Shown piece by piece: positions 63,837 through 64,000 of a DNA stretch of 64,000 bases. This DNA is from Botryllus schlosseri (taxonomy: Eukaryota): the NCBI GenBank assembly GCA_051294905.1, contig CM119371.1, positions 28,336,001-28,400,000 of the forward strand, in the 5' to 3' direction. The stretch's first letter is position 1, and every line of letters starts with the position of its first letter. The notes beneath the pieces were generated by a model, which did no database searches, had not been told where the DNA came from, and saw only the letters and a list, made by a program, of their open reading frames with translations. The position numbers and the translations under genes were made by a program.

Positions 63837-64000
63837 TCCTAGATAGAGGTTTTGCAATGTAAATAACAATGAGACAATGACCACTTAGTTTAGGCACTAT
63901 GCATAACAATGCTCTTTGCGGCAAACCCAGGCAATGTCCTGCTCTTATCCTCCAACAGGTGATCACCTTGGCTAGCTTGACAGGTCAGTAGATATTTTGT

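Overview
Repeat-rich, AT-rich eukaryotic DNA, probably from an animal; invertebrate origin is an inference only. No prokaryotic operons, rRNA or CRISPR arrays were seen. Host-type genes are limited to three paralogous tandem C2H2 zinc-finger ORFs: 7 fingers at 21092-21718, a 6-finger pseudogene at 57228-57770, and 16 fingers at 59620-61002. The rest is largely nested transposons: a tRNA-derived SINE, a 2.2 kb non-autonomous LTR element, a 2.8 kb frameshifted hAT transposon, more than a dozen hAT-type MITEs with 8-bp target-site duplications (TSDs), and a full-length I-group LINE (EN-RT-RNase H). The standout is a 15.4 kb element at 38401-53825 inserted into LINE ORF1. It has Polinton/Maverick hallmarks (AGTAGT...ACTACT termini, 6-bp TSD AACGTT, adenain-type cysteine protease), yet it is almost entirely one giant palindrome: two near-identical arms of about 6.36 kb around a 968-bp unique loop. 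No polymerase, integrase, ATPase or capsid gene is recognisable in it. It resembles an integrated snap-back (defective) Polinton genome. A 1.7 kb hAT element later inserted into one arm only. An older, diverged terminus of a related element lies at about 8165-11148. All calls are by eye; no database searches were run.
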